Source: Octopus bimaculoides (Eukaryota). From it: a stretch of 36,901 nt of DNA. Location of the stretch: contig NC_068998.1 in NCBI RefSeq assembly GCF_001194135.2, positions 49,690,227-49,727,127 on the forward strand, written 5' to 3'. Both the position numbers and the translations under genes were made by a program. Position 1 is the stretch's first letter. Each line of letters starts with the position of its first letter. Shown in pieces: positions 11,568-24,700 of the stretch. The notes below the pieces were generated by a model, which was not told the origin of the DNA, searched no databases, and saw only the letters and a list, made by a program, of their open reading frames with translations.

Positions 11568-12094
11568 AATAAAGATTATATTACAATATGACTGCTATTT
11601 CCAGTGTCTGTTATGTTTCGATATTAATCTTCACTCATTTATACATGACAAACAATATTACTATGTAGGTATTTGCTATACTTATTTATATAAGTTTGTT
11701 TTTATTACTTGATTTAGATTACAGTTATAGATTTTGCATCTATACACACATATACATGTATGCATGTGTGTGCATGTATACACAAATGTCACTCTTGCAA
11801 CATTACGTAGTTTTCATGAAGCTAATGTATATTTGTGCATGTTTGTTTGTGTGTGTGTGCATGTGTATTTGCGCGTGTGTATAGCGTACTGTTCCAAGAA
11901 AGTATTCCGTCTGATGAGTGATAAATATTATATAATAGACTCAATAACTATTTTTAAGAGCTATTATTAGTTTCATACCATGAAAGGAAGCCAGACTTAT
12001 CAGACTACTTTGATAAGTGCCAACGCACGAAACTGTCGGACTGTGAGATACTTCTGTTAAATATTAATACAATAGATATATACAGACAATCTGA

Positions 12095-12440
12095 GTTCTA
12101 ATTTTCCTCCTTGCAGCAACATAGCTTGAATCACTCTGACCTCCACAACTGCTCCTCTCTCCTCCCACTACCACCTGACCGGTATCGAACTAAAGCATTT
12201 CATCAAGCCGGTTACGCCTGCCTGGGTTCAGTGCCCTGGCCTTTGGTGCATTTTTCATTTATCCTTTGTGTTACATTACATAGGCCCGTTTGACGCTGGA
12301 AATGCCTTTTTCAGTTGTACTCGTATTATTATTAATTTTGCTGTTGTTATATACTTTAAATTCGTGTATCGTTTTAGTTTGGCTTGATTGATTTTGTCCT
12401 TGTATATGTTCTTGAGCTATTGCCCGAAACTTTCTGCTCT
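12095..12440 (+). mobile_element. Possible Penelope-like 3' fragment
   Basis: The translation HSLNHSDLHNCSSLLPLPPDRYRTKAFHQAG...HFSF loosely resembles the C-terminus of PLE GIY-YIG ORFs. It is followed by TTGAGCTATTGCCCGAAAC. Weak. Confidence 0.3.
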
Positions 12441-12504
12441 GGCGCTGCCAATACCACATGGTACGTATGTTTAAAGCGCGAAACCATTAGATGTTTTGGG
12501 CATC

Positions 12505-12617
12505 TATCTGTCTATCTATCTATCGATCGATCTATCTTTATGTCTGTGTGTCTGTCTGCTTGTCTTCCTGTTTGTCTGTATCCCTGCTTGTCTTCCTGTT
12601 TGTCTGCCTACATGACA

Positions 12618-12676
<59 letters not shown>

Positions 12677-12785
12677 ATGTATATCTATCTATCTATCTAT
12701 CTGGAAAGACATACATACATACAGGCAGATAGACAGATAGACCGACAAATAGATAGATAGATAGATAGATAGAGGCATCGATAGA
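12505..12785. repeat. (ATCT)n followed by inverted (AGAT)n tetranucleotide tracts
   Basis: Seen directly. Confidence 0.95.
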
Positions 12786-13455
12786 TGTATCAGATCTCAA
12801 TCCTCTACACGTATAATTACTATGGTTTCTGATGTCCAACAGCAGGGACCACATACATTCGGGTATAAAGTGTATAAAACAATCCCAAAACGTAGCAGAA
12901 GGAGACATGTGTTGTATACACGATAAGATCTCCACTCCAAAGTATGCCATGTCCTCGACACATCTCACTTCTACAAACATGATCATTAAAAAAAAGTATT
13001 TAAAAAAGAGCTATTCAAAAAAGTATTTCAAAAATAAATTGGACGAATGATATTAGTAAATATACGTCCAAATTAATGTAACAACTGTTTTTTTATTACC
13101 CATGCGGGCTAACATAGAGGTGACAAAACAGAACATGTGGGACATAAAAGCATATACATAAAAAAAAAACAGAAATGAATGTTATAATGTATGAAGACAT
13201 GAATTAATGTATGAACGAAGTATCTCATTTATTAATTATAAAAGAATTATAGAAATGGAAGAGTCGATTCTTGGCTCAGTTAATCGGATATGAAATAGAT
13301 GAGAATATCAGTAAAAAATACTATGATGCTTGAAAAGAAAAGGGAAATAAAACAGAAGAAGAACGTATAGGGAGACAGAAATGAACTTCTTGTGAATTGT
13401 AAGCTGACTTAGGAAAAAGGCGGCAGCTGCAGGCTGAGAGTGTGAAAGAAGAAAA

Positions 13456-13572
13456 TGAAGAAGAAGAAGAAGAAGAAGAAGAAGAAGAAGAAGAAGAAGA
13501 AGAAGAAGAAGAAGAAGATTAGAAAGAAGAAAAGGAAAGAGAGAGAGAGAGAGAGACAGAGAGAGAGGAAGG

Positions 13573-13618
<46 letters not shown>
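13456..13618. repeat. (GAA)n then (GA)n polypurine tract
   Basis: Seen directly. Confidence 0.97.
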
Positions 13619-13623
<5 letters not shown>

Positions 13624-13794
13624 AAAACATAAATCAATGAAATTCCAACGAAATTTGATTTTCACTTATTATTTACAATTTCTTCAAATTTACGATATTG
13701 AAATATACTAGTACAAACACACAGTCACGCACAGACACGCACGCACACTCACACACCCTCAGGCACCTGTATATGTATACACACACACATATAC

Positions 13795-13802
<8 letters not shown>

Positions 13803-13876
<74 letters not shown>
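13803..13876. repeat. (TG)n microsatellite
   Basis: Seen directly. Confidence 0.97.
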
Positions 13877-14104
13877 ATTCATTCTCATAAATTTGCAACA
13901 TATTTGAAAATTTAGTAGCTGAAGACTCCCCATAATATGAAAATAGTTAATATGTGAAATTGTGATAGGTCTTGTAATACATCAAGTAAGTACATATTTA
14001 TATATGTAGTGATCGCGCACATCTGTTACAAAGTATTTTCTCCCGATTCCATATGTCAATGCGACGTGTACACTAGATGATACACTAGATGCTTAGTATC
14101 AGAA

Positions 14105-14574
14105 ATGAAAGCTATTATCATCTTTTCTTTGTTCATTTTCAGTAAGTCTGTACTTTATAATTTTCTTGTATATTCAAATTCATATTCCTAGTACATTGTG
14201 ATGAAATATTCAGTGTATCTCTCCCTCTCTCTCGTTGTGTATATACATACATACTACATACATATGTATTCTTTANNNNNNNNNNNNNNNNNNNNNNNNN
14301 NNNNNNNNNNNNNNNNNNNNNNNNNNNNNNNNNNNNNNNNNNNNNNNNNNNNNNNNNNNNNNNNNNNNNNNNNNNNNNNNNNNNNNNNNNNNNNNNNNNN
14401 NNNNNNNNNNNNNNNNNNNNNNNNNNNNNNNNNNNNNNNNNNNNNNNNNNNNNNNNNNNNNNNNNNNNNNNNNNNNNNNNNNNNNNNNNNNNNNNNNNNN
14501 NNNNNNNNNNNNNNNNNNNNNNNNNNNNNNNNNNNNNNNNNNNNNNNNNNNNNNNNNNNNNNNNNNNNNNNNNN

Positions 14575-14666
<92 letters not shown>

Positions 14667-17409
14667 CATTTGCACATACATGCATACATATATGCTTATA
14701 TGTATATATGTGTGTACACAGTGAATGTCTTTGTCCCACAATGCTATTTGACAGCTAGATACTTCCTCGTATCTTAACTGTTTGGCTAAAAGATCAATAT
14801 TATTAGTACTACATTTGTAAAAGAAGTGTAGGCGCAGATTTGTTCAAATAAACCCGTCAAGGTGTTACATCAAAACAGTTGCAGTACAATAACTGAACAG
14901 AATAAGAGATGACACTTTCACAGAATATTCCAGAAATACGCAGGCCCACAGGCATAGTTTGAAAAATTGTCTATAAATTAACCTTAAACCTGAAAGCAGA
15001 ATATAGGAAGACTTAACACACAGTGACATACCCACACACACTTACAAACACACACTCACTTACACATTCACACACTCATACACGGACAGAGTCGTGGTAG
15101 ATTTACGCATTTAATCTTATGGTCATTATAACAAATTCTACTTTATCTCCTGATAGTTTGAATCCGGTTTTGCATATTTAAATAAAAAATTTATTTTAAA
15201 GGAAGAAAGAAAGATAAATGTCTGTGCTTTAAGTGCCTTTGGTGTCATTAACAATAACTTTTCAACTACAGGCGTTGAGATGCATGACATTTGTCCTGAT
15301 TTGGCAAGAAGGCAATGTAACTTTCATGCGCACAATTTTCATAATTATGATTGGGACCCAGAATTCTGCAGGTATATATGTCTGCTCTAATACTTTTCAT
15401 AGTTGATGCAATATTTAAATGTTTACTAATTTTCATATTACTTTTTCTTTGATCACCTGAGTGACTCTCTTTCTCCCTGTCTGTTTGTACATTAATATAT
15501 ATATATATATATATATATANNNNNNNNNNNNNNNNNNNNNNNNNNNNNNNNNNNNNNNNNNNNNNNNNNNNNNNNNNNNNNTATACAAAATGCCGTAAAT
15601 TTGTGGTTAATTCACATAAGTGAAAACATATTCTAACAGGGACTTGACTCACAAGGGGTAAAATATTCCGTAACTGTGGTTGAAACCATTTCACATTCTT
15701 CCCGGTTAAGAATAAGAACAATAAACATGCGTGTACGAAGTGAACGTCTTCCTTAACCTCATCGGCCACACAATTTCTCATGTGCTGTAGAGACTTGTTG
15801 GCATTAATAAGAACACACTGCTTTATGATGGCTGCAGTATTTTCTGCCTCAAGCGATGTCTTATTGATATCTCATATGTCGTTTATGAATGTTCTGCGCC
15901 ACTGAGCATTTGATCATTCTATTTTTCTTTTTCCTTACAATTGTGTTGAGTTTGAAATCTGTCTTAGAAAGGCGTTGCTGTTCTAACCAGTGTATGTGAT
16001 CTACTATCTTTCATCATCATTGTAAGTAGAATCCTTTTGATGAAAGAAGTTAAGTTCTTTTTCATTGTAACGTATCTACTTGCATAGTCTTGCAAAGTTA
16101 AGAATTATTGATTAACTACTCTTTTACAGGAGATTCGGAGCGAAAGCAGAATGTCTTTTCGGAATGACAACATATTGTGATGCATATTTTAACGGATATA
16201 GGCGCCGTAAATGTTCAGTATGATATTCCATTTTATTTATAGTGTGATGTTTTGGAAGATACCTGTCCACTTTCTGGTTGAATGAAATCCTGCCCCATAC
16301 TATGATGTTCTGTCCTCCCCATGAGACTCTATCCACCACACAGCCATCGGCATGACGTTTACCCCATCTTCTCGAAATCCTAGCTACGCCATCTGCCACA
16401 GAAATGCAATATCGACTTTCGTCAAAGAAGACTACAGTCCTCCACTGCTTCTATCGTCAGATCTGTCTTTTTTGAGCCCACTGCAGACGTGCCTGTCGAT
16501 GAGGATCTGTGAAGATGGGGCCACTAACCGGACGACAACAACACATATTGAAAGATCTCAGTGGGCGGCGAAATGCCTCTGCACAAATGGTTCTGCGTTG
16601 AGTCTCTCTGGTCTGCCTAGCTGATTCTGTTGCCATCCGAAATCAATCCTGCATGTGCTGTCGGTGCTGGTGGCGATCTTGATGTGCCGTTGTAGCCCTC
16701 GGTCGCCCACTGCGTGGATGATCATCCACGCTGTTTGTGGCATTGCATCGTTCTCTCAGCCGCTCAATATTCCGAATACTGCAGTTCACGTTACTAGCAA
16801 TGACCCATGCACCATGAACAACATAGCGAGCTCCGATGGATTGCTCCCTCTGATTTCGTGTCAGTCTTGGCATGCTTACTGCTTCGATAAACGAATGACA
16901 AGCTGGTAAATGTGGGTGCTTTTATACCCAATGAGTTTGCACGTTCATCGCGAGCGTTACCATACACACGAAACATGATCGAGTTCGAATCCTACATGTA
17001 ATGCTTGTGCTTTCAAGACAGAGTCATGTTGTGGGCTTGTGACATCTTCTTGATTTCAAATTACCTAGAAATGTGATAAATTCCATATAATCTCAATATA
17101 GTATGTGCAACAAATAATCGTTTACAGTGAAACGAGACATTTGTAGATCATTATATGTGCGTGTGTTTGTGTGTGTCTGCGTATATTTCTATGTATATCT
17201 ATAATATATATACATATATATATATGTATATCAGCACTCTATACACATGAATCTTTGTGAAAGTTAGTTGTTTCTGAGCATTGGACTAGATNNNNNNNNN
17301 NNNNNNNNNNNNNNNNNNNNNNNNNNNNNNNNNNNNNNNNNNNNNNNTATATCTTGATATCATATATAATAAATGTTTATACTTTTAGGTACATGGTTTC
17401 GCACGGTAA
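14105..17409 (+). CDS. Small secreted six-cysteine protein, paralog 3 (multi-exon, about 81 aa)
   Basis: Exon 1 14105-14141, exon 2 15272-15371, exon 3 16130-16217 (donor GTATGA), tentative exon 4 17389-17417 (TAA 17407-17409, donor GTACGA). Spliced: MKAIIIFSLFIFSVEMHDICPDLARRQCNFHAHNFHNYDWDPEFCRRFGAKAECLFGMTTYCDAYFNGYRRRKCS-VHGFAR*. Exon 4 is uncertain. Confidence 0.9.
16262..16990 (-). mobile_element. Decayed Tc1-family transposase (5' two-thirds)
   Basis: MPRLTRNQREQSIG...VDDHPRSGRPRATTAHQDR (HTH and GRPR motif), WRTVVFFDESRYC (first catalytic Asp), and RVSWGGQNIIVWGRIS, with stops. It lies in intron 3 of paralog 3. Confidence 0.9.
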
Positions 17410-17694
17410 AACGAAAGGTACGATTTATGCATTACATATTAAATATTTCATATCCTATAATACGAAATAATGATGAATATTAACATATCATTAGTAGCAG
17501 ATATGATAGCGTAGGTATGTATGAACATATGTATCGGGCAATACATACGTGTGGGTGTATGTCTGTGCGCATGTATGTATATACATATATATATATGTAT
17601 ATCAGCACTCTATACACATGAATCTTTGTGAAAGTTAGTTGTTTCTGAGCATTGGACTAGATGTGTATTATGTCATAGCCAATACTATTTGTGC

Positions 17695-17860
17695 ATGTGG
17701 AGGCGTGTGGCTTAGTGGTTACGGGTGATGGACACATGATCGTAAGATTGTGGTTTCCAATTCTAGGTTGAGCGACGTGGTGTGCTCTTGAGCAAAACTC
17801 TCCATTCCGCGTCGCTCCAGTCGATTCAGCAGGCAAACATGAGAGAATTTTGCGATGGAC
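17695..17860 (+). mobile_element. Degenerate tRNA-headed SINE
   Basis: Head GGCGTGTGGCTTAGTGGTT...GATTGTGGTTTCCAATTC, followed by GTGTGCTCTTGAGCAAAAC, a typical post-tRNA SINE segment. Confidence 0.55.
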
Positions 17861-18704
17861 GGCCGACCCGTCAAGTTGGGGAATGTACATACCATTGAAA
17901 TCGCCCATCTTGGAAACGCTTGTACCACTCGTGCGCATGCGCTGTAGAGTTCAAATGAAATCTGTGCCAAGCGGCTTTACTCTGCATATTTTAACTCCGT
18001 TACTATAGCAACAGCCCTGATACTTATTGATGAGACCGCGTATACGCTCATATTCTCAATACTTGATTATGTTTCGTTCGGTCTCATCGTCCTCTTGGCA
18101 AAGAAATGACCCAAAATAAGGTGAGCAATAGCATCACATGATATGTGATATCATCGAATTGGCAAGGTCTAGCCTTTTCACTGCATTATCATCGAAAATA
18201 TATTTTACATCTTAGAATGACGTTTTATCCCCATATAAGGTAAGTTGGTATTATAATAACTAACACATCTCACCTATTTCCCCATTGTTTTCTACCATGT
18301 TAACAAGTAGTTATAGTACTACTATAGTTATGAAATAGTCTTTCTCCATATAAATATTTGATATTCATTCGAAATTTGTTCTAGTTTAATGGATTAGCAG
18401 TTTTAATTATTCCGTGTCCCAGCAATGATACCAATAAATATAAATAACATAGTCATTTGGCGAGTACAGTCACTCACTAAACTTTCTGAACATCGTTGAA
18501 ATATATAAACACTAAGGTAAAATGAAGACACCGCTGCTGTAATTCATGTTACATTAATTTTATACGTATGTAATAACAATTCTAATAGTATTTATTGTCA
18601 GTCCTTTTAAACAATAATATGTAGAGCATATTGTATATAGAATCTGATTTCCATGATATACTAATGTATTTATTTCAATGCTGATTGTTTTCTTTTCATT
18701 ACAG

Positions 18705-18743
18705 GTAGCAAACGAGTTACTATTAGGTATGCAATTAAATAAA
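18705..18743 (+). other. Probable terminal (3'UTR) exon 5 of paralog 3 with poly(A) signal
   Basis: Acceptor TTTTCATTACAG|GT is nearly identical to that at 5608. AATAAA lies at 18738-18743. Confidence 0.45.
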
Positions 18744-18774
18744 CAATACATAACTGTGTCTGCGTTATTTTGAT

Positions 18775-18872
18775 TTTATGGTCGATAAATTAAGTACCAT
18801 TACTGGGGTCGATCGAATCGACTGGCCCCTCCCACAAAATTTCAGGCCTTGTGCCTTGAGTAGAAAAGACTA
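18775..18872 (+). mobile_element. 3' half of a family B SINE
   Basis: GGTCGATAAATTAAGTACC...GGGGTCGATC.AATCGACTGGCCCCT...TTTCAGGCCTTGTGCC..GAGTAGAAAAG. Confidence 0.8.
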
Positions 18873-18964
18873 TTCTTCTTTGCTCTAAAATATTAATCAT
18901 TTACGTAACACGATGGGTTAAGCACTACCTTATATATTCACATACAACCTCACAAACAAGCAAG

Positions 18965-19515
18965 CATTTAATATCATCCTCCAAAATCTTGCAACGCTCC
19001 ATAAGGACCTCAGCTCCAGGAAAATCTACGTAACTATAAAATCATTAAGAGCAGCAAACAGCCTCAGACATTGAAAAAGATTCGCAGCAATGCCAAACTA
19101 TTCTCTAGACCAACAGACGCAAGAGTCGTAAAGTGTAGTCATCCTAGTTTCGAAACATGTCACAATCTGTTGGCAGGAACGGAATTCCATTTCAGATAAG
19201 GGCAAATATTCAAAATCAAATCTAGCTTCCCAAAGCCTCGTTTACGTAATCAGATGCTCGCACTACCATCAAGCTCTAATGGTTCAACAGGAAATTCGAT
19301 CCGAGATAGATGTATGGTCCACAAACAACAAAATACCCCCCACCACAATATCGCCATATATACCTCAGTCGACACATTGACGAAAGTAGAATGATTACAA
19401 AGGCAATTCGTAATTTTCCCATTTTGACAACTTGCCTTCTGGACTTGAACACAAGTAAGACGAAATAAAGAAGCCTCATCTATCAAAAAACATAAACCAT
19501 AATTAAATATAAGCC
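18965..19515 (+). mobile_element. Decayed Penelope-like retroelement, GIY-YIG endonuclease region
   Basis: The frameshifted translation contains VVKCSHPSFETCHNLLAGTEFHF (Zn-finger-like linker), ASQSLVYVIRCSHYHQ, GSTGNSIRDRCMVHKQQ and a later FPF-like segment. This follows the PLE order CxxxxCxxC linker, xIYxIxC, YIGxT, R, H. Confidence 0.75.
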
Positions 19516-19867
19516 TATACTAAAAATAAAGAACCTACCCAATTTAATGTAAGATATAAGACGTAATAAAATAAGAAAAAAAACATAAAAATTACAGATT
19601 TACCTCCCCTATACTGCAAATGAATGAGTGGACGCTTATCTCTGCGAGCAGTGAATTTTCCCCCAAGCAATATTATTTTTTCAACTCTCAGTTTCGTTAG
19701 GAATGCGAAACCCACCCTTACGTCACTTATGTTGAAAGAACAAAACCTTAGTCTTTATTATCATGGCTCTAATATACTCTCAAAACCTTTCAAACGAATC
19801 TGTGTTTTTTCATTATCTCTTTCTATATATATCCACAACGTGCTTTTCCACAATAAAATATTTTTTT

Positions 19868-19912
<45 letters not shown>

Positions 19913-21312
19913 GCATACATATATATATATATNNNNNNNNNNNNNNNNNNNNNNNNNNNNNNNNNNNNNNNNNNNNNNNNNNNNNNNNNNNNNNNNNNNN
20001 NNNNNNNNNNNNNNNNNNNNNNNNNNNNNNNNNNNNNNNNNNNNNNNNNNNNNNNNNNNNNNNNNNNNNNNNNNNNNNNNNNNNNNNNNNNNNNNNNNNN
20101 NNNNNNNNNNNNNNNNNNNNNNNNNNNNNNNNNNNNNNNNNNNNNNNNNNNNNNNNNNNNNNNNNNNNNNNNNNNNNNNNNNNNNNNNNNNNNNNNNNNN
20201 NNNNNNNNNNNNNNNNNNNNNNNNNNNNNNNNNNNNNNNNNNNNNNNNNNNNNNNNNNNNNNNNNNNNNNNNNNNNNNNNNNNNNNNNNNNNNNNNNNNN
20301 NNNNNNNNNNNNNNNNNNNNNNNNNNNNNNNNNNNNNNNNNNNNNNNNNNNNNNNNNNNNNNNNNNNNNNNNNNNNNNNNNNNNNNNNNNNNNNNNNNNN
20401 NNNNNNNNNNNNNNNNNNNNNNNNNNNNNNNNNNNNNNNNNNNNNNNNNNNNNNNNNNNNNNNNNNNNNNNNNNNNNNNNNNNNNNNNNNNNNNNNNNNN
20501 NNNNNNNNNNNNNNNNNNNNNNNNNNNNNTGTATATTTATATGTATATACACACAAATATTCTTTTCTTCTATTATATATATATATATAAATATATAGAT
20601 ATGTATATGTGTGTGTGTGTATCTAGATATATATGTGTGTGTTTATATATAGTATTAAATATACTATACCTACATATAATATTTTACGAGTTGAATGAGT
20701 TTACAACAAAAGGTGGTGATCATCACAAGCTGAGGACGGATAACCACCCAGAAACTCGAGTCTGTGTGCATCACGTAAGGCTAGATATTGCAAGGATGAC
20801 CTCTTCTCCTATGTACTAATCGGACACAGAATGTGTGTCGTTAGACAGCTGGTAGAGATGTTTTCCTTTGGTTATAACCCTCAGGTGCACTTTCCTGTAT
20901 AGAACGCCACACTTGGTTGGCAATTATATCTTACGATTCCGTATTGCTACTGCTTATATCTCCCCACCCCATAGAGTGTGAAGCTAAAAAAAGGAGCCAT
21001 CGAAAATATGTCATTTTCAAACGTTATGCAGCGGTAAGATGAAAAAGGATTAATGCAAATTAATCTCCATTATCTCCTCTATATTGAATTAAAATTTTAT
21101 ACACTTGTTTGTAAAAACAGAGGAATTATTAAAAATTAAACCTCTCAATAACTTCTGTGCCACCCTGTGTGTATATGTGTGAAAATTTAAGTAATTCATC
21201 AACTCACTTGTGTATAGAACCTACTGATGCTAGCCATCTGTTACAAGAATTTTGTCAGTGAATAAGTTCACCTCACGCAGACATTAGCCATTAAGTTTTA
21301 TTGAAGTAAACA

Positions 21313-21505
21313 ATGAAAATTTCTATCATCGTTTCGTTTCTGATAGTTTGTAAGTATACATGTATCTTTTATTTCTTATGTTTATCTTTTTTATTAGATT
21401 GCGGAATACTTGGGCCAAATTCTTGAAGTACATTTAGGCGAATGAAACGAACCCAGTTTATATTAGTATCATTATTATCATTGCTATTATTATTATTATT
21501 ATTAC

Positions 21506-21587
<82 letters not shown>

Positions 21588-21685
21588 ATACTTTTCGTCG
21601 AGGTTAGTACTTATTTGATTGGTCTTTTGCCGTGCCGCTAGTATACGGCGAATTAAATACTGAGCACCGATTGTCATGAGGTTGT

Positions 21686-21725
<40 letters not shown>

Positions 21726-24700
21726 GAGGCGCCATGCCCAGTGGTTAGAGCGACGAACTTGCAGTCATAGGATCGCGGTTTCGATTACCAGACCGGGCGT
21801 TGTGAGTGTTTATTGAGCGAAAACACCAAAAGCTCCACGAGGTTCCCACAGGGGATGGTGGCGAACCCTGCTGTACTCTTCCACAACAACTTTCTCTCAC
21901 TCTTACTTCCTGTTTCTGTTGTGCCTGTAATTCAAAGGGCCAGCCTTGTCACACTGTGTCACGCTGAATATCCCCGAGAGCTACGTTAAGTGTACAGGTG
22001 TCTGTAGAGTGCTCAGCCACTTGTACGTTAATTTCACGAGCAGGCTGTTCTGTTGATTGGATCAACTGGAACCCTCGACGTCGTAAGCAACGGAGTGCCA
22101 ACAACAACAACATANNNNNNNNNNNNNNNNNNNNNNNNNNNNNNNNNNNNNNNNNNNNNNNNNNNNNNNNNNNNNNNNNNNNNNNNNNNNNNNNNNNNNN
22201 NNNNNNNNNNNNNNNNNNNNNNNNNNNNNNNNNNNNNNNNNNNNNNNNNNNNNNNNNNNNNNNNNNNNNNNNNNNNNNNNNNNNNNNNNNNNNNNNNNNN
22301 NNNNNNNNNNNNNNNNNNNNNNNNNNNNNNNNNNNNNNNNNNNNNNNNNNNNNNNNNNNNNNNNNNNNNNNNNNNNNNNNNNNNNNNNNNNNNNNNNNNN
22401 NNNNNNNNNNNNNNNNNNNNNNNNNNNNNNNNNNNNNNNNNNNNNNNNNNNNNNNNNNNNNNNNNNNNNNNNNNNNNNNNNNNNNNNNNNNNNNNNNNNN
22501 NNNNNNTACTCAGAGATCTGGATGTTTATAAATTTACAGATTTTTATTAATATGTCACATGTTTTTACAAATCATAATAGCGCTTGCATCTATTCTAGTA
22601 GAATCTCCAGAAAAAAAGAATTGTGGGTAATTTTAATTTATGTACGGATCTGTAACAACACATACTCACACTGATCAAATAGCAGTAATTTTTGGGTATT
22701 ATGTTTTGGAAGCGTCACTATGTCAGTAACGTTGTCTAAAGAATATGTGTATTCTAAAAATACAATCGCTATTCGAATTCTATTATAGCTCTTAGTAGCT
22801 AAATGTGTGTGAGACGTTTTCTATTTTCAATAGGTCTAAAAATCAATCTTCTTCGTGTCAGTGTTAGTGTAGTGAAATTACAATCAATCATTTGGCTTCT
22901 TTGCCTGTTGTGTTGTGTGGATATGTTTAGATCTGGAAAATAAACCTGTGTAAACACTATTTGATATATCGTATATTTCTTATGTTTGTATGAGAAAATA
23001 GTTTGATGCAAAGACTAAATTAGATTTACCTATAATATAGTAGGTGCATTGTTATCGATAATATTTCATCATCAATGCTAATAATTTTCAGATTATTCTA
23101 AAGTGAATTTTGGAGAGAAGTATGATACAGTTTCCAACATATCAGAGTGTTATAAATAGTTTATTTAGGTTAGTAGTATACACTATTACTACAACAATTT
23201 GTTTGCATTCTAAAGCGTCAATATAATTTTCAAGTTTTAGATAGTTAAATAAGTGCTTTTTGTTCAAGGTTATTACATTGTTTTGCTAATTCATTCGTAA
23301 GATCCAATCATAGGGATATATGAGGTGGTATAAAAAATTACTAAGTCTAGTTCTGTAGCACGCCAATACATGGTAGCATACTGTTGCGTGCACACTCAGA
23401 AGTAGCAAAACCATTGGGAATGCTTTGGTAAGCTTGCAGCGATGAGGCAATTGGTTGTCAGCAATGTTTCAAGTAGCAAGAGGGCTTCAAAATCGAATGG
23501 GTGTCACTGGAAGAATATGTCCGATCGGGTAGAGCTGCCACGAGCATCATCCCGGAAAACTGGAGAAACGTTATCCGCTTGTGCATGAGGATCGTCGAAG
23601 GACAATCAATGACATTTTGAAGCGTTTGAGGGAAGACATTCGGTGACATCGACCGGATCTGTGGAGCGCGAATGATTGGATACTTCACTATGAAAACGGA
23701 CCCTGTCACTGAGCTCTCCTCACTCGTATTTTTCTCCCTTAAAACAATATATCATCGCTTCCACACTCGCTTGTTTGCCTGGAGAAGCGCTTGTAGACTT
23801 CCGTCTCTTCCCCAAGATTAAAATCTATTTCAACGGTCAATGCTGTAACACATTTATGGAAAACATCTTCCAAGCCGGATTCAAAGAGTGACACGAACGC
23901 TGGGCCTCTTATGCTGCTGTGCAAGTGGCTATTTTGGAAGTGATGATGTTAAAACAGGTAAATAAGATTGTTTTATTAAATATATCTAGTCCAGGAACTT
24001 TTTTCAATCCACCTCTTACGTTAGAATAATTACTTGTGAAGCACTTCTGGTAGAAAACTCTACAAAGATTATACAATAGTGTAAGGCGATACTTGTTATT
24101 TAATATGCAGTTGAAGGTAATTAACTTTAACGAAGAGAAAGCTAAATGAATAACTAAAAAACATACCCTATATTTATCATTATCGATAAATCTAGTGACA
24201 ACTGTATTCCATATCAACAAACAATATTTGAATTATAAACGTTTAAAACAAATTCAAGCATAAGGCAATGTCACTTAACGAGCAATATTTTTAAATACCA
24301 CGAGAAGATATAAAATAGTGACTAGCAAAATAAATTCCACTACGAAATCTTATAAAGAAAATGTTGAAATACTGAGCTGCTAAATGCAGATTTATTCCTA
24401 GATTTATTCCTAGATTTTCCAAGATTTTGATAAAATTTAACTAAAAGAATGTACCTAATATTCATAATATATATATTGCAAATTCTCTGTAAATACATGT
24501 TTAAACGAAGAGAAAGGAGATGACTGTTTATATTCCTACGCTCTAAATTATTAAACAGAAATTATCATACATAAATTCATATCCTTTGGTACAAAATCAA
24601 ATTCAAATTGTGTATTTTCAAGATTGGTGGACAAATAAATAATTAAATATAACCAGAAAAATCTTTCTTTTGCTTTTAGGTGGAGAGTCTAATGACATGT

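Noticed and set aside
12505-12785. (ATCT)n facing (AGAT)n as a long hairpin
   Set aside because: Opposed tetranucleotide tracts are common in this kind of genome, and there is no evidence of function.
18216-18239. Alternative 24-nt exon 4 for paralog 3 (NDVLSPYK, CTTAG/GTAAGT)
   Set aside because: Its TTTTACATCTTAG context recurs near 7465 and looks repeat-derived, and read-through would place the exon-5 AATAAA before the stop. It is not excluded without cDNA.
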